NCBI GenBank assembly: GCA_030431555.1
Contig: JAUIIP010000003.1
Location: forward strand, 1 to 42,965
Direction: 5' to 3'
Length of the DNA: 42,965 nucleotides
Source of the DNA: a bacterium
GTDB lineage: Bacteria; Bdellovibrionota_C; UBA2361; SZUA-149; JAGRAN01
The notes beneath the pieces were generated by a model. The model saw only the letters and a list, made by a program, of their open reading frames with translations, searched no databases and was not told where the DNA came from. The stretch's first letter is position 1; each line of letters begins with the position of its first letter. The translations under genes and the position numbers were made by a program. Positions 28,202-38,400 of the stretch are shown one piece after another.

Positions 28202-29427
28202 AACGGCAGGCGGCAGTTTATTTTCACTATCCGTACTGCATAAAAAAGTGCCCGTATTGCGACTTCAACTCCTATGGACTCGACCACAAACGCGCTGCTC
28301 CGAACGGCGCATCGCGAAGCATTGAGGACTTGGAGCAGGAATACGTATCAGCGCTGCTTGCGGACCTTAGCTCGCAAATCGAACGTGCCAATCTGACATC
28401 GCAGATCTGCACCAGCGTATTCTTCGGGGGAGGCACGCCTTCGCTGATGAGTCCAGGCTCGGTTGAGGTGATTCTTAAACGGTTATTTTCTTTAATGCAG
28501 CCTTCACCTGAAATCGAAATTACGCTCGAAGCTAACCCTGGAACAATCCAGGAGACGCTTGGAGCCGACAAGCTCCGTGATTTTCGCAGTGCGGGAGTCA
28601 ACCGAATCAGCATGGGTGTGCAAAGTTTCCAACCGAAGAAGCTGAAATTTCTTGGGAGAATTCACTCAGCCAACGACAGCCTGGAGGCCGTTGAAAATAT
28701 CCGCAGCGCCGGATTCGAGAACTTTAATCTCGACCTGATGTTCGGTGCTGCAGGCGAGACCCTCGACGAATGGTTAAGCGATCTGAATTCTGCCTGTCTG
28801 CTTGAGCCGCAGCACATCTCGATGTACGGGCTGACGATTGAGCCGGGAACGGAGTTCGCTGTGCGCAGCTCCCGAGGCGCAAAGCTTAAGGTCGGCGAAG
28901 AGCGGGAATCTCAGATGTATCGTGCCGGAACTGAACTCCTGGCCGATGAAAACTACGGCCGATATGAGATTTCGAACTTTGCTCAGCCGGGCAAAAGCTG
29001 CAAACACAACCTCAGCTATTGGACGCGCCGCGAGTATTTGGGCGTCGGAGCCGGAGCTCATGGATTTATACAGACCGGCGCCTGGGGCCAGCGGCTTTAC
29101 AATGCTCCCGCACCGCACGACTACATTAAACGGATTAATATTTCGAGCGACGCGGTGATTCGCCGGGAAGATCTCAGCAAAGAACAGGCGCAGATAGAAT
29201 TCTTTATGCTGAATTTGCGCAAGACGGAGGGCTTTGAGGCGGACGATTACTCGATGCTTTTTGGCGAAGAAATGCCCACAGCGGTTCAAGCCGTTCTCGA
29301 TCAACTCTCTAACGCAGGGATGATTGCGCTGCAGGACGAGCATGTTCAGCTCAGTCAAGAGGGGTTCTTGTTTGCCGATTCTGTATTCGAAGAAATCACT
29401 TTGAGTCTGGAATCTGCCGGGCCCTAA
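28198..29427 (+). CDS. hemW: Radical SAM heme chaperone HemW (HemN-like)
   Basis: YFHYPYCIKKCPYCDFN, GGGTPS, YEISNFA and HNLSYW motifs. Confidence 0.9.
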   Translation: MKRQAAVYFHYPYCIKKCPYCDFNSYGLDHKRAAPNGASRSIEDLEQEYVSALLADLSSQIERANLTSQICTSVFFGGGTPSLMSPGSVEVILKRLFSLMQPSPEIEITLEANPGTIQETLGADKLRDFRSAGVNRISMGVQSFQPKKLKFLGRIHSANDSLEAVENIRSAGFENFNLDLMFGAAGETLDEWLSDLNSACLLEPQHISMYGLTIEPGTEFAVRSSRGAKLKVGEERESQMYRAGTELLADENYGRYEISNFAQPGKSCKHNLSYWTRREYLGVGAGAHGFIQTGAWGQRLYNAPAPHDYIKRINISSDAVIRREDLSKEQAQIEFFMLNLRKTEGFEADDYSMLFGEEMPTAVQAVLDQLSNAGMIALQDEHVQLSQEGFLFADSVFEEITLSLESAGP

Positions 29428-30059
29428 GCCTCGGAAGCCGTCTTTTCGCGCAGCATCTCAAGCAAGCCGTCGAACTCTTTTCTGCGAATTATCGACGAGA
29501 AATCCTCGCGATAGTTGCTGACTAAGCTGATGTTTTCAATCACCACGTCGTAAACACGCCAATCAGAGCCGTAGTCCCGCAGGCGGTAGCTTATCGGATA
29601 TTTCTGGCCGTCCTTGGTCACGAGCGTCTTAACAATCGCCCGCTTACCTTTCACCTTCTCACCGATAAATTCAACTGAGCTGCTTTCGATTTCTTTAATG
29701 CGATTGAGGTAGGTTCTGGATAGGAGCTTCGAAAAAAGCTGCACAAACTCTTCTTGCTGCTTTTCGTTTCCGACCTTCCAGTTCTTGCCGAGACACGCTC
29801 GAGACATGTCTTTGAAATTGAATACCGGGAAAATAATTTCTTCGAGCTTGGGAGTAAGCGAATCTTCCGCCTTTCCGCCGGCCTCTTTTACGGTCTCGCG
29901 CACTTTGTCGATTGTCGACACTACGCGCTTCGCAGCAGCACCCTCAGGCGTACGCTCAGCCAAGACCGAGCTCGGCAGCAGAAATAGACAGCTTAAGAAT
30001 GCTGCCCAGAGCAATGAGAACCGGCTTTTACAAGAAATTGCGTGCATTTGAGTCTCCAT
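29424..30059 (-). CDS. mlaC: Phospholipid-binding periplasmic protein MlaC/Ttg2D
   Basis: Signal peptide, WRVYDVVIENISLVSNYR motif and operon context. Confidence 0.9.
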   Translation of the reverse strand: METQMHAISCKSRFSLLWAAFLSCLFLLPSSVLAERTPEGAAAKRVVSTIDKVRETVKEAGGKAEDSLTPKLEEIIFPVFNFKDMSRACLGKNWKVGNEKQQEEFVQLFSKLLSRTYLNRIKEIESSSVEFIGEKVKGKRAIVKTLVTKDGQKYPISYRLRDYGSDWRVYDVVIENISLVSNYREDFSSIIRRKEFDGLLEMLREKTASEA

Positions 30060-30109
30060 GGGAATTTGACGCTATCGGACGAAGATTCTTCAAGTTCATG
30101 CTGAAAAAA

Positions 30110-30619
30110 TCAGCTTTCTTCGCCGCTGTCTAAGGAATGAATGAACTTACCGATTACCTCTTCAAACTCGACCACAGATTCTGTCATAAAAATCTCTCCA
30201 CCCGGCTGGACCAGCTTCTCCGAGCCTCCGGGGATAATTTTCACGTAGCGGTCGCCGATTATGCCTTTGGTTCTGATTGCAGCCGAATCATCGTCGCGAA
30301 TCGGAACGGATTTAAGTACCTTCATTTTAACCTTGGCTGAGGTTTCCGTAAGGCTGATCGACTCAACTTCGCCAATTGGAACTCCAGCCAATTCGACTGA
30401 AGCGCCGTCCTGCAGCCCGGATATATTATCGAACTCAGCAGTGACGTGATAATAGTTGGCGTCGAAAAGTGACATACCGGCGATATTAATCGAGAGATAG
30501 CCGAAGGCGGTGCAGCCTACCAATGCAAACAAGCCCACGAAGAACTCCACAGTGAATGTCTTCGGCGGCGGCGTGAACTGCTTCACATCGTTGTCGTTAT
30601 TAGCTTTCTGCTCTGCCAA
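30110..30619 (-). CDS. mlaD: MCE protein MlaD
   Basis: VGLF TM, F.NISGL..GASV..AGV.IG.V and T.GIIGD.Y motifs. TTG start with an AAGGAG RBS. Confidence 0.92.
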   Translation of the reverse strand: MAEQKANNDNDVKQFTPPPKTFTVEFFVGLFALVGCTAFGYLSINIAGMSLFDANYYHVTAEFDNISGLQDGASVELAGVPIGEVESISLTETSAKVKMKVLKSVPIRDDDSAAIRTKGIIGDRYVKIIPGGSEKLVQPGGEIFMTESVVEFEEVIGKFIHSLDSGEES

Positions 30620-30642
30620 GCCAAACTCCTTAGCGTTTAATG

Positions 30643-31392
30643 CTAGCCGACCTTGATCGGTCCTTCGATTTCACCACGAGTAAACTGCTGAACGATCGGA
30701 TTATCGGACTGTTGAAATTCCTCAACCTCAGCATCAATTACAACCTTTCCTTTGTATAGCATTGCAACTCTTTCGCACACCTGAAAAACCTCAGGGATTT
30801 CGTGGCTTATTACAATGCCCGTAAAACCCAAATGCTCTTGGGTTTCCGCAATCAATTCATATATTTCCTGACCAACTTGAGGGTCAAGACCGGTATTCGG
30901 TTCGTCAAACAGCAGAATGTCGGGGTCGGCGACAAGCGCTCGCGCGATACCTACTCGTTTGCGCATTCCAATAGAGACCTGCCCCGGAAGACGGTCTGCA
31001 TACTCGAGCATGCCGACCTCCTTCAGCCGTCTCGCCGTGCGCTCAACTATCTCGCTTTCCTTTAGCTGTTTGCGGTAGCGCAGCGGAAACGCCGCATTTT
31101 CAAATAGAGTAAGCGAGTCGAACAAAGCCGCGGCTTGAAACAAGACTCCCATGCGGCTGCAAATATCTAGGCGCTCTTTAACGTTCTTAGCGGCCGTCAT
31201 TGACTCTTCGCCGATCAACACTTCCCCGCTGTCAGCAAGCAGCAGGCCGGTTATAATCTTCAATAGTACACTCTTGCCGGTTCCGCTGGGACCAACGATT
31301 GCAGTAGTTTTCCCCTCTTCAATGTCGAGGTTGACCCCGTCGAGTACTACCTGCTCACCAAAGCTCTTGGAGAGATTTCGAATTCTAATCAC
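30643..31392 (-). CDS. mlaF: ABC transporter ATPase MlaF
   Basis: GPSGTGKS, FQ..ALFDSL, GMRKRVGIARAL and DEP..GLDP motifs. Confidence 0.92.
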   Translation of the reverse strand: MIRIRNLSKSFGEQVVLDGVNLDIEEGKTTAIVGPSGTGKSVLLKIITGLLLADSGEVLIGEESMTAAKNVKERLDICSRMGVLFQAAALFDSLTLFENAAFPLRYRKQLKESEIVERTARRLKEVGMLEYADRLPGQVSIGMRKRVGIARALVADPDILLFDEPNTGLDPQVGQEIYELIAETQEHLGFTGIVISHEIPEVFQVCERVAMLYKGKVVIDAEVEEFQQSDNPIVQQFTRGEIEGPIKVG

Positions 31393-32186
31393 AGAAAAAC
31401 CTGAGTCAGGATTGAAGTCAGGAAGTAATCGAGGACTAAAATTACGACGGACGCGGTTACGACAGCACTGGTAGTCGCTCGGTTAACGCCGACAGCGCCA
31501 AAGCCGCAGGTCCAGCCCTTGTAACAGGCGATCCAAGAAATGCAGAGCCCAAACATGATTGACTTAACCAGACCGGACATTACGTCGATCTTTTCGACTG
31601 CAAGCACCATTTGGGCCCAGAAAGTGCCGGACGAAAGGTCCAGCGTGTAAACGCCGACGAAATAGCCGCCTAGAATTCCGACTATGTCGAAGAGTGCGGT
31701 CAGAAGCGGAACTGAAATAATGCCGGCAATGATTCGCGGGACCATCAAATAGCGCAGTGGGTCGACCGCCATCGAGCGCAGCGCGTCAACCTGCTCAGTG
31801 ATTTTCATGATGCCAAGCTCAGCGGTCATGGCCGAGCCCGCACGTCCGTTGACCATTAAAGCAGTCAATACAGGCCCGAGTTCACGAATTAAGCTCAAGG
31901 CAACAGCCGGACCCGAAAAGGCGGTAGCGCCAAATTTAGATAATGTGTATTCGCTCTGAACAGCTAGGACAGCTCCGGTAAAAACAGCGACCAGTCCTAC
32001 CACTGCCACGGACTGAACTCCGATACTATACAGCTGCTGCACAATCAACGATGGGCGAAAAGGCGGAGTAACGCAGCGATACAATACTTTGAACAGGAAA
32101 ATCCAAATTGCACCGAAAGAACCGAATCCGTTAAGGATAGTTCGTCCTGTTCGCTCGGTGGCAGTCACTAAGTACTGTACTGGCAT
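31389..32186 (-). CDS. mlaE: ABC transporter permease MlaE
   Basis: RELGPVLTAL...GR.GS...AELG.MK.TEQVDAL motif. Confidence 0.93.
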   Translation of the reverse strand: MPVQYLVTATERTGRTILNGFGSFGAIWIFLFKVLYRCVTPPFRPSLIVQQLYSIGVQSVAVVGLVAVFTGAVLAVQSEYTLSKFGATAFSGPAVALSLIRELGPVLTALMVNGRAGSAMTAELGIMKITEQVDALRSMAVDPLRYLMVPRIIAGIISVPLLTALFDIVGILGGYFVGVYTLDLSSGTFWAQMVLAVEKIDVMSGLVKSIMFGLCISWIACYKGWTCGFGAVGVNRATTSAVVTASVVILVLDYFLTSILTQVFL

Positions 32187-32196
32187 AATGTCTTTC

Positions 32197-32835
32197 CTAA
32201 GACGTTTCTTCCTGCTCCGGCGAAAAACCTTTGCAAACTATATAGAGCTCCCGCGAAGTCTTTCTTGACGATTTGGGATGCACGCGATCAATTCGCTTAT
32301 AGCTGGAGCGCAGGGACTTAATAAGTTCTTCGGTGTCGTTCGAAGGAAACAATTTCGCCAGCATAACTCCACCTGGGCGAAGCAGCGAACGACATACGTC
32401 CTGCGCCATTTCGACAAGCTCGACCGAGACTGCAATATCGCGGTCACGTATTCCGCTCAGCTTGGGGCTCATATCCGACAAGACTACGTCGTATTTACCC
32501 TCAGCTTTTTCAACGAGCAGCTGCCGAACAGCTTCGGAAGTTATATCACCTTGAATTGTCACTGGAACAGCTGACCCGGCTCCCAGCTCCGCGGCACTAA
32601 ACGGAGCAATTGGCTCAAGATCTACCCCCAAAGCCCTGCCGCTTGCGCCGACCATCGAAGCCGCCACCTGCAGCCATCCACCGGGAGCGGCCCCTAAGTC
32701 GAGGACAGCAGCACCCTTCTTCAATACAGATGCTTTCTGGTTTATTTCTATAAGTTTGTATGCCGCTCTAGAACGGTAGCCCGCTTTCTTGGCAGCCTTA
32801 TATAAGTGGTCTTTTCTATTGTATTTTCCGGGCAT
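32197..32835 (-). CDS. rlmE: 23S rRNA Um2552 2'-O-methyltransferase (FtsJ/RrmJ)
   Basis: GYRSRAAYKL, DLGAAPGGW, SDMSP and SSR..SRE motifs. Confidence 0.93.
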   Translation of the reverse strand: MPGKYNRKDHLYKAAKKAGYRSRAAYKLIEINQKASVLKKGAAVLDLGAAPGGWLQVAASMVGASGRALGVDLEPIAPFSAAELGAGSAVPVTIQGDITSEAVRQLLVEKAEGKYDVVLSDMSPKLSGIRDRDIAVSVELVEMAQDVCRSLLRPGGVMLAKLFPSNDTEELIKSLRSSYKRIDRVHPKSSRKTSRELYIVCKGFSPEQEETS

Positions 32836-32967
32836 TATATAAGTTAAGCGCAGAAAGTTTCAAAAAACTTCTTGACCCTTTTCTATTCTTTTTCTATACA
32901 AGTATCATCGAATGTGACGGCAGTTTCGACACATTTACTCTCACGATAACTTCTTGAGGTAAAGGCT

Positions 32968-33219
32968 ATGACACCGCTTAGTATTCTATTTGCAGACCCC
33001 CTCGCAGCCCTTGAGACCAGCGCCCTACTTCTAGGCTTGGCCTGCCTATCTATCCAAATAGTCAGCTCACCTGAAGAAGACTGCGACACTGAGCGCGAGG
33101 AAAACCCAGATCTAGAACCTGAGACCAAGCAGCGTTTACTTGCAATGTTCGAAGTCGGAACAGCGATTTCAATGCCCAAGCGCTGTTTACAGGGGCAGCA
33201 AGTCGTTCGGCTGCACTGA
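32968..33219 (+). CDS. Small hypothetical membrane-anchored protein (83 aa)
   Basis: GAGGT RBS, hydrophobic N-terminal half, acidic linker and a downstream terminator. Confidence 0.5.
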   Translation: MTPLSILFADPLAALETSALLLGLACLSIQIVSSPEEDCDTEREENPDLEPETKQRLLAMFEVGTAISMPKRCLQGQQVVRLH

Positions 33220-33270
33220 TTTACAACTCCTTAGCTTGCTGAAAACAAACCAATCTTCCTCCCATCTTTG

Positions 33271-33309
33271 CCGCGGTTCGATGAGCTGCATCGAACCGCG
33301 GTTTCTTTT
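33271..33309 (+). terminator. Intrinsic terminator after the 83-aa ORF
   Basis: Perfect 13-bp stem CCGCGGTTCGATG-AGCTG-CATCGAACCGCGG followed by TTTCTTTT. Confidence 0.8.
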
Positions 33310-33344
33310 GCACGTGCCCAAGCTCTTGTTATAAAGCTCTCTAA

Positions 33345-35435
33345 ATGACAGCAGCAAACGCAGCACTCAAATTGTCCGACCGCACGTATTTAGATTCATT
33401 AAACCCTCAGCAGCGCCAGGCCGTGCTCCATGCCAATGGACCGCTGCTGGTATTTGCCGGAGCAGGCAGCGGCAAGACACGAGTCCTGACTCACCGCATC
33501 GCTCACCTAGTCCTTGAGCACGGTATCGCACCGCAGCGAATTCTTGCGGTAACTTTCACCAACAAAGCCGCGCGAGAGATGAAGGAACGCACCGCAGCGC
33601 TTTTTTCGCACCGCAGCGTGCCGGAGTGGGTGGCGACCTTTCACTCAATTGGAGTTAGGATTCTTCGCAACCACGCTAGAGAGCTGAATTATCAGCCGGG
33701 ATTTGCGATTTACGACTCCAGTGATTCGATGTCGCTTATCAAGCGAGTCTGCAAAAAACTAAAGATCGACCCAAAAGTGCTCGAGACGCGGACAATTCGC
33801 TCACAGATTGATCGCGCAAAGAATGACTACATCTTCCCCGACGGGCTTGTGGAGTGGTCAAACCTGCCTCCGCAGCTTGCAGAAATTGCGGCCGAAGTTT
33901 ACGAGCGCTATCAAGAAGAACTCCTCGCGGCAAACGCGATGGATTTCGGTGATTTGCTATGCAACGTCGTCACGCTGTTTACGCTCGAGCGCAGCGTCCT
34001 GGAGCACTACCAGGAACAGTTCCAGCACATTCTAATCGACGAGTATCAGGACACGAACAAGGTCCAATACAAACTCATCACCCAGCTCGCCGCAAAGCAT
34101 CAAAACCTCTGCGTAGTCGGCGATGATGACCAGTCGATTTACGCTTTCAGAGGAGCCTCGATCGACAACATCCTCAATTTCCAGCGTGACTTCCCTGACG
34201 CCAAGGTTGTCACCCTCGAACAGAACTACCGCTCCACCAAGACTATTCTCGCCGCAGCCAATGCCGTAATCGCCAGGAACGAGCGCAGGCAGCAAAAAGT
34301 CCTCAGAACCGACAACGAGCAGGGCGCTGATGTCGTCGGCCATAAATCCTTCGATGAAATCGATGAAGCCTCCTTTGTGACCTCCGAGATAGCGCGTTTG
34401 ATTGCCGGCGGAGTCCCCGCTTCGGAGATTGCCGTTTTCTACAGGACAAATGCCCAATCGCGGGCAATCGAAGAATCGCTGATAGAAACTTCCATTCCAT
34501 ACGAAATTTACGGCAGCCACCGCTTCTACGAGCGAAAAGAGATCAAAGATATTCTGGCTTACGTGCGGCTGCTGGCTAACGAATACGACAACGAGGCCTT
34601 CCTGCGAATCGTCAATGTCCCAACTCGCGGCATCGGTGCGAAAAGCGTGGCAAATGTCGTCGCCTTTGCCGACAAGGAGCAGCTGGCGTACCTGCCGGCC
34701 TTGAGAAAAGCAATCCTCGAAAAGTCCGCGCCGTTTATCAAGGGCGCCGGTGGCAAGAAACTGACCGCCTTCGCAGCCTTAATTGACGACTTGCAAACAC
34801 ACAAGGACCAAGTCGCGGATATCCTCGCAGACGACGACAGCCTGGAGAACTACGACCAAAAGATCAATGCCCTTGCAGGTCTCATCAACCAAATCGCCAA
34901 GAAGTCAGAATATCTCGAGCGCCTGCGCACTCAAGACACCCCGGAAGCTGAAAGCAGAGTCGAGAACATCTACGAACTGATGACCGTCGCTTCAGAATTT
35001 GTCCGAACCGCAATCAACGCCGGCCAAAAAGCAAAACTTGCAGACTTCCTCGACAGAGTATCTCTGACATCAGACAGCGACGACGCAAATATCGACACTC
35101 ATGCAGACGAAGCGAGCGGCATGCCGATTTCGCTGATGACCCTGCACTTGGCCAAAGGCCTGGAGTTCGACGCAGTATTCATTATCGGTTTCGAAGAGGG
35201 ACTACTGCCTCATGTGCGCAGCATTGATGACGCCGCTGCCCTCGAAGAGGAGCGGCGTCTGTGCTACGTCGGGATGACGCGCGCTCGCAAGCAGCTCTAT
35301 CTTACACGAGCGAGAACCCGTCAGACATTTGGGCGTCAGAGCTTTTATGGCGGAGTGCCTTCGCGCTTCATCGAAGACTTGCCGAGTGAGCTTATCGACG
35401 ATCGTGATACCGGATTCATGGAATGGTATGGATAA
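33345..35435 (+). CDS. pcrA: UvrD/PcrA family ATP-dependent DNA helicase
   Basis: AGAGSGKT, TFTNKAA, DEYQD, VGDDDQSIY, NYRS, YRTN, KGLEF and EERRL.YV..TRA motifs. Confidence 0.93.
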   Translation: MTAANAALKLSDRTYLDSLNPQQRQAVLHANGPLLVFAGAGSGKTRVLTHRIAHLVLEHGIAPQRILAVTFTNKAAREMKERTAALFSHRSVPEWVATFHSIGVRILRNHARELNYQPGFAIYDSSDSMSLIKRVCKKLKIDPKVLETRTIRSQIDRAKNDYIFPDGLVEWSNLPPQLAEIAAEVYERYQEELLAANAMDFGDLLCNVVTLFTLERSVLEHYQEQFQHILIDEYQDTNKVQYKLITQLAAKHQNLCVVGDDDQSIYAFRGASIDNILNFQRDFPDAKVVTLEQNYRSTKTILAAANAVIARNERRQQKVLRTDNEQGADVVGHKSFDEIDEASFVTSEIARLIAGGVPASEIAVFYRTNAQSRAIEESLIETSIPYEIYGSHRFYERKEIKDILAYVRLLANEYDNEAFLRIVNVPTRGIGAKSVANVVAFADKEQLAYLPALRKAILEKSAPFIKGAGGKKLTAFAALIDDLQTHKDQVADILADDDSLENYDQKINALAGLINQIAKKSEYLERLRTQDTPEAESRVENIYELMTVASEFVRTAINAGQKAKLADFLDRVSLTSDSDDANIDTHADEASGMPISLMTLHLAKGLEFDAVFIIGFEEGLLPHVRSIDDAAALEEERRLCYVGMTRARKQLYLTRARTRQTFGRQSFYGGVPSRFIEDLPSELIDDRDTGFMEWYG

Positions 35436-35462
35436 AAAGCGGGGGCCATTGCCCCCGCTTTT
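35435..35462. terminator. Bidirectional intrinsic terminator between convergent genes
   Basis: AAAAGCGGGGGC-CATT-GCCCCCGCTTTT. Confidence 0.88.
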
Positions 35463-35484
35463 CCTGTCTGACTAAACTCTCGCC

Positions 35485-38400
35485 TTAGTTGAGCCTAGTC
35501 GAGATGATAAAGTCCAGCTTAGAAGGATCTGTCGGATCTCTTCTAGTGCGGCGAACTTCCGTAACAGCCTGCTGTTCACCAGGAGTTTCAACCGTCACAA
35601 TGCCGTAGCTGTCCGCACTCGTTTGGAACACTCCTTCGTCGTTAAGGTCATATGCCTCACGAGTCAGGCCCGAGAGAGTATCGGATACGCTAGACAGCAG
35701 ATTGCCGTTCTCATACACCTTAACATCGATATTCACATCAGTTGAACTGACATTGAAAACATTCAACTTGTTTTCGATGTCGATGTAGCGGTTGTATGTC
35801 CCAGCCTGCCTAGCTCGTCCGGCGATTGCGCCGTGTGAAGCTACCGCTGTCTGAGTCAGGTTGTTGCTGCAGTCGTGGTAGTACGCCACGCTCTGCATTA
35901 TCAGCGCTCCTGACTTATTGGCGCGAAGCTCAACCGTTCCGCTTTCTCCGCTCAGCAGCATCGCGCTCGCGTTGAAGTGGAACTGCTCCTTAGCAGCAAG
36001 TGCGACAGAGCTTGAGCCAACCTCAAGGCCGGCGGAGTTTCTGAACGTCGCCGTTGCAATCACGGATTCATCCAAAGTATTCGCTACTTCCACCCAGTTC
36101 ACCGGAGTATTGCAACCTTCGCTCGCGTTCGTAATTGTTGCGAACTGCTTAGCTGCGGTTCCTCTGATACCAGGTGCTGCGAAAGCATAGTTGTAAGTGA
36201 GTGCTTCCGAGCCGCCTGCATGGTTCGAGCTGTAGCGAGACACGGTCATCGTGTAGTTCGTGTCGCCTTCATACGGAATTACTTCCGCAAGATAGACTCC
36301 CTGACCGTTTTCGTGTCCGGCGTTCAAGTCACGCTCGCCCATCGGAGGAACCGGCATCCAGTAGGTAGCGATCTTCTCTCCAGCCTGATTATACAGGTTG
36401 TATTGGAAGATGCGCTCAACCGGGTCGAGATTGATAATCTCGGTCCAGTTAGGAACCAGATATCCCATTCCCTGCGGGTCAAACGAGTTGCCCATCGCGA
36501 ACGTCTTGCCCTTAACAGCATTTCTCAGCTGCTTAGCCATGACAAACGAGAAGTTCAATCCATCCGGGTCTGGTCGGTAGTTTGTCATGCGGCCTGCGAG
36601 TGAAGCAGTCTTGCGGTCTTCACCGTCAAGCGCAGTCCAGTCAATCCTAACGATTCCATATGTATCCTTGTTGACAGCCAAAGGATTGATGTCGACATGG
36701 AACTCCTGTCCTGCATCGAGCACCACCTGCTGCGTATTGGTTACGTTTCCGTTGATGTCGAACACCGTCACCAGTGCACTAACGCCCTCGGTTCCGTCTG
36801 CCGTTAACTCAAGATAGTTAACCTGGGACAGATAAGTGTTCCACTTCGCAAACGCCGGGCTTTGAAGATCCGGCTGGAAGCTGCCTGGGTCACAAGGGTC
36901 AGTCCCTTCCTCCAGCTCAACTTCATCAGGAATGCCGTCGCCGTCGCAGTCATTGATCTCACCTGCTCGATGACCCTGGTCGACGTTGCTTCTAGTGCAT
37001 TCGTCGCCGCCTGCATCCAGCCCGATTACTCCGTAGTCGTAGATTACGTTCGGCACCGCCGATACATCATCAAACGTCATAGTAGCCTGTCCGGTCGTCG
37101 GAATCGGGCCCGCAATATCGAGCGGGCTGGTGAACACGCTGCCGCCGGTCTCGACGCGGTAAAGCTGATACGAGACAGCACATGCTTCAGTTGTCCACTC
37201 AAGACGAACGAAGTCGTCAAAGGTTCCGTCCGACGCATCGATTTCTATATCGGGATTTCCGAGCGAGCAGATAGCGCTTACGCACTTCAGAACGAAGTTC
37301 TGATTCACTGCGTTAGCTCCCGCGACCACAACCGGGTTCGGATCGCTAATCACTTCGAATCCTTCCTTACTCGCAGTCAGCGTATAGGTTCCGCTCGGCA
37401 CAGAGTTAAGCGTATACTGCCCGGCTCCGTTCGTAGCAGTGCTGCCCACACTTGAGCTAATGACCACTCCCTCAAGCGGTGACCCGGTTTCATCAACCGT
37501 AGTGATTCCGCTAATCGAGAAAACAGCCACACACTCGCCGCCGATAAAGGCGTAGCCGGAAGCACACGCAAGCAGGAAGTTCTGGTTTTCCTGATTAGCG
37601 CCGGCAACAACTATCGGGTTAGGGTCGCTGACAACAACGTAGCCCGGCTTGCTCGCGCTAAGCGTATAGCTGCCGTTCGGAACGCCGCCGTAGCTGTAAG
37701 TGCCGTTAGCTGCAGTGGTCGTCGTCCCGATGCTTCCGCTGATTGTCACACCAGCTACCGGTTGGCTGCTGCCCGACATTAATGCACTTCCGCTAATAGT
37801 ATAAACAGGCAGACACTCGGCTTTACGCTGAACGTATCCTGCAGCACAAGCCAAGAGGAAGTTCTGATTCTCAGCATTCGCACCATCTACAACTATCGGA
37901 TTCGGGTCGCTGATTACGATGTAGCCCGGCTTGCTCGCCGAAAGTGAATAGGTTCCGTTAAGTATGTTGTTAAAGCTATACGAGCCGTTCGAAGCAGTAG
38001 TGGCTGATCCGATGCTGCCGCTGATTGCAACGCCTGCAACCGGGTAATTACCCGAGGCCATCAGCGCCCTACCGCTAATCGTAAACGCCGGCAGACATTC
38101 TCCGTCTTTCTCGATGTATCCCTCGGCGCAGGCCAGAATGAAGTTCTGATTCTCAGCGTTGCCGCCCGAAACGACAATCGGGTTGGGATCGCTGATGACT
38201 ATGTAGCCCGGCTTGTTTGCATTCAGCGTATATGAGCCGTTTGCTACATCGTTAAAGGAGTATTCACCGCTGCCGTTGGTGCTGGTTGACCCGAGGCTTC
38301 CGCTAATAGTTACACCGGAAACTGGCTCACCGCTTCCCTCAAACAGAGCTCGGCCGCTGATAGAATAAGTATCGGGCTCACGGCAATAAACTAGGTTGTC

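Noticed and set aside
37282-38370. Periodic DNA repeats considered as a CRISPR array or mobile element
   Set aside because: They are in-frame, degenerate 282-nt coding repeats with no spacers and no cas or transposase genes.
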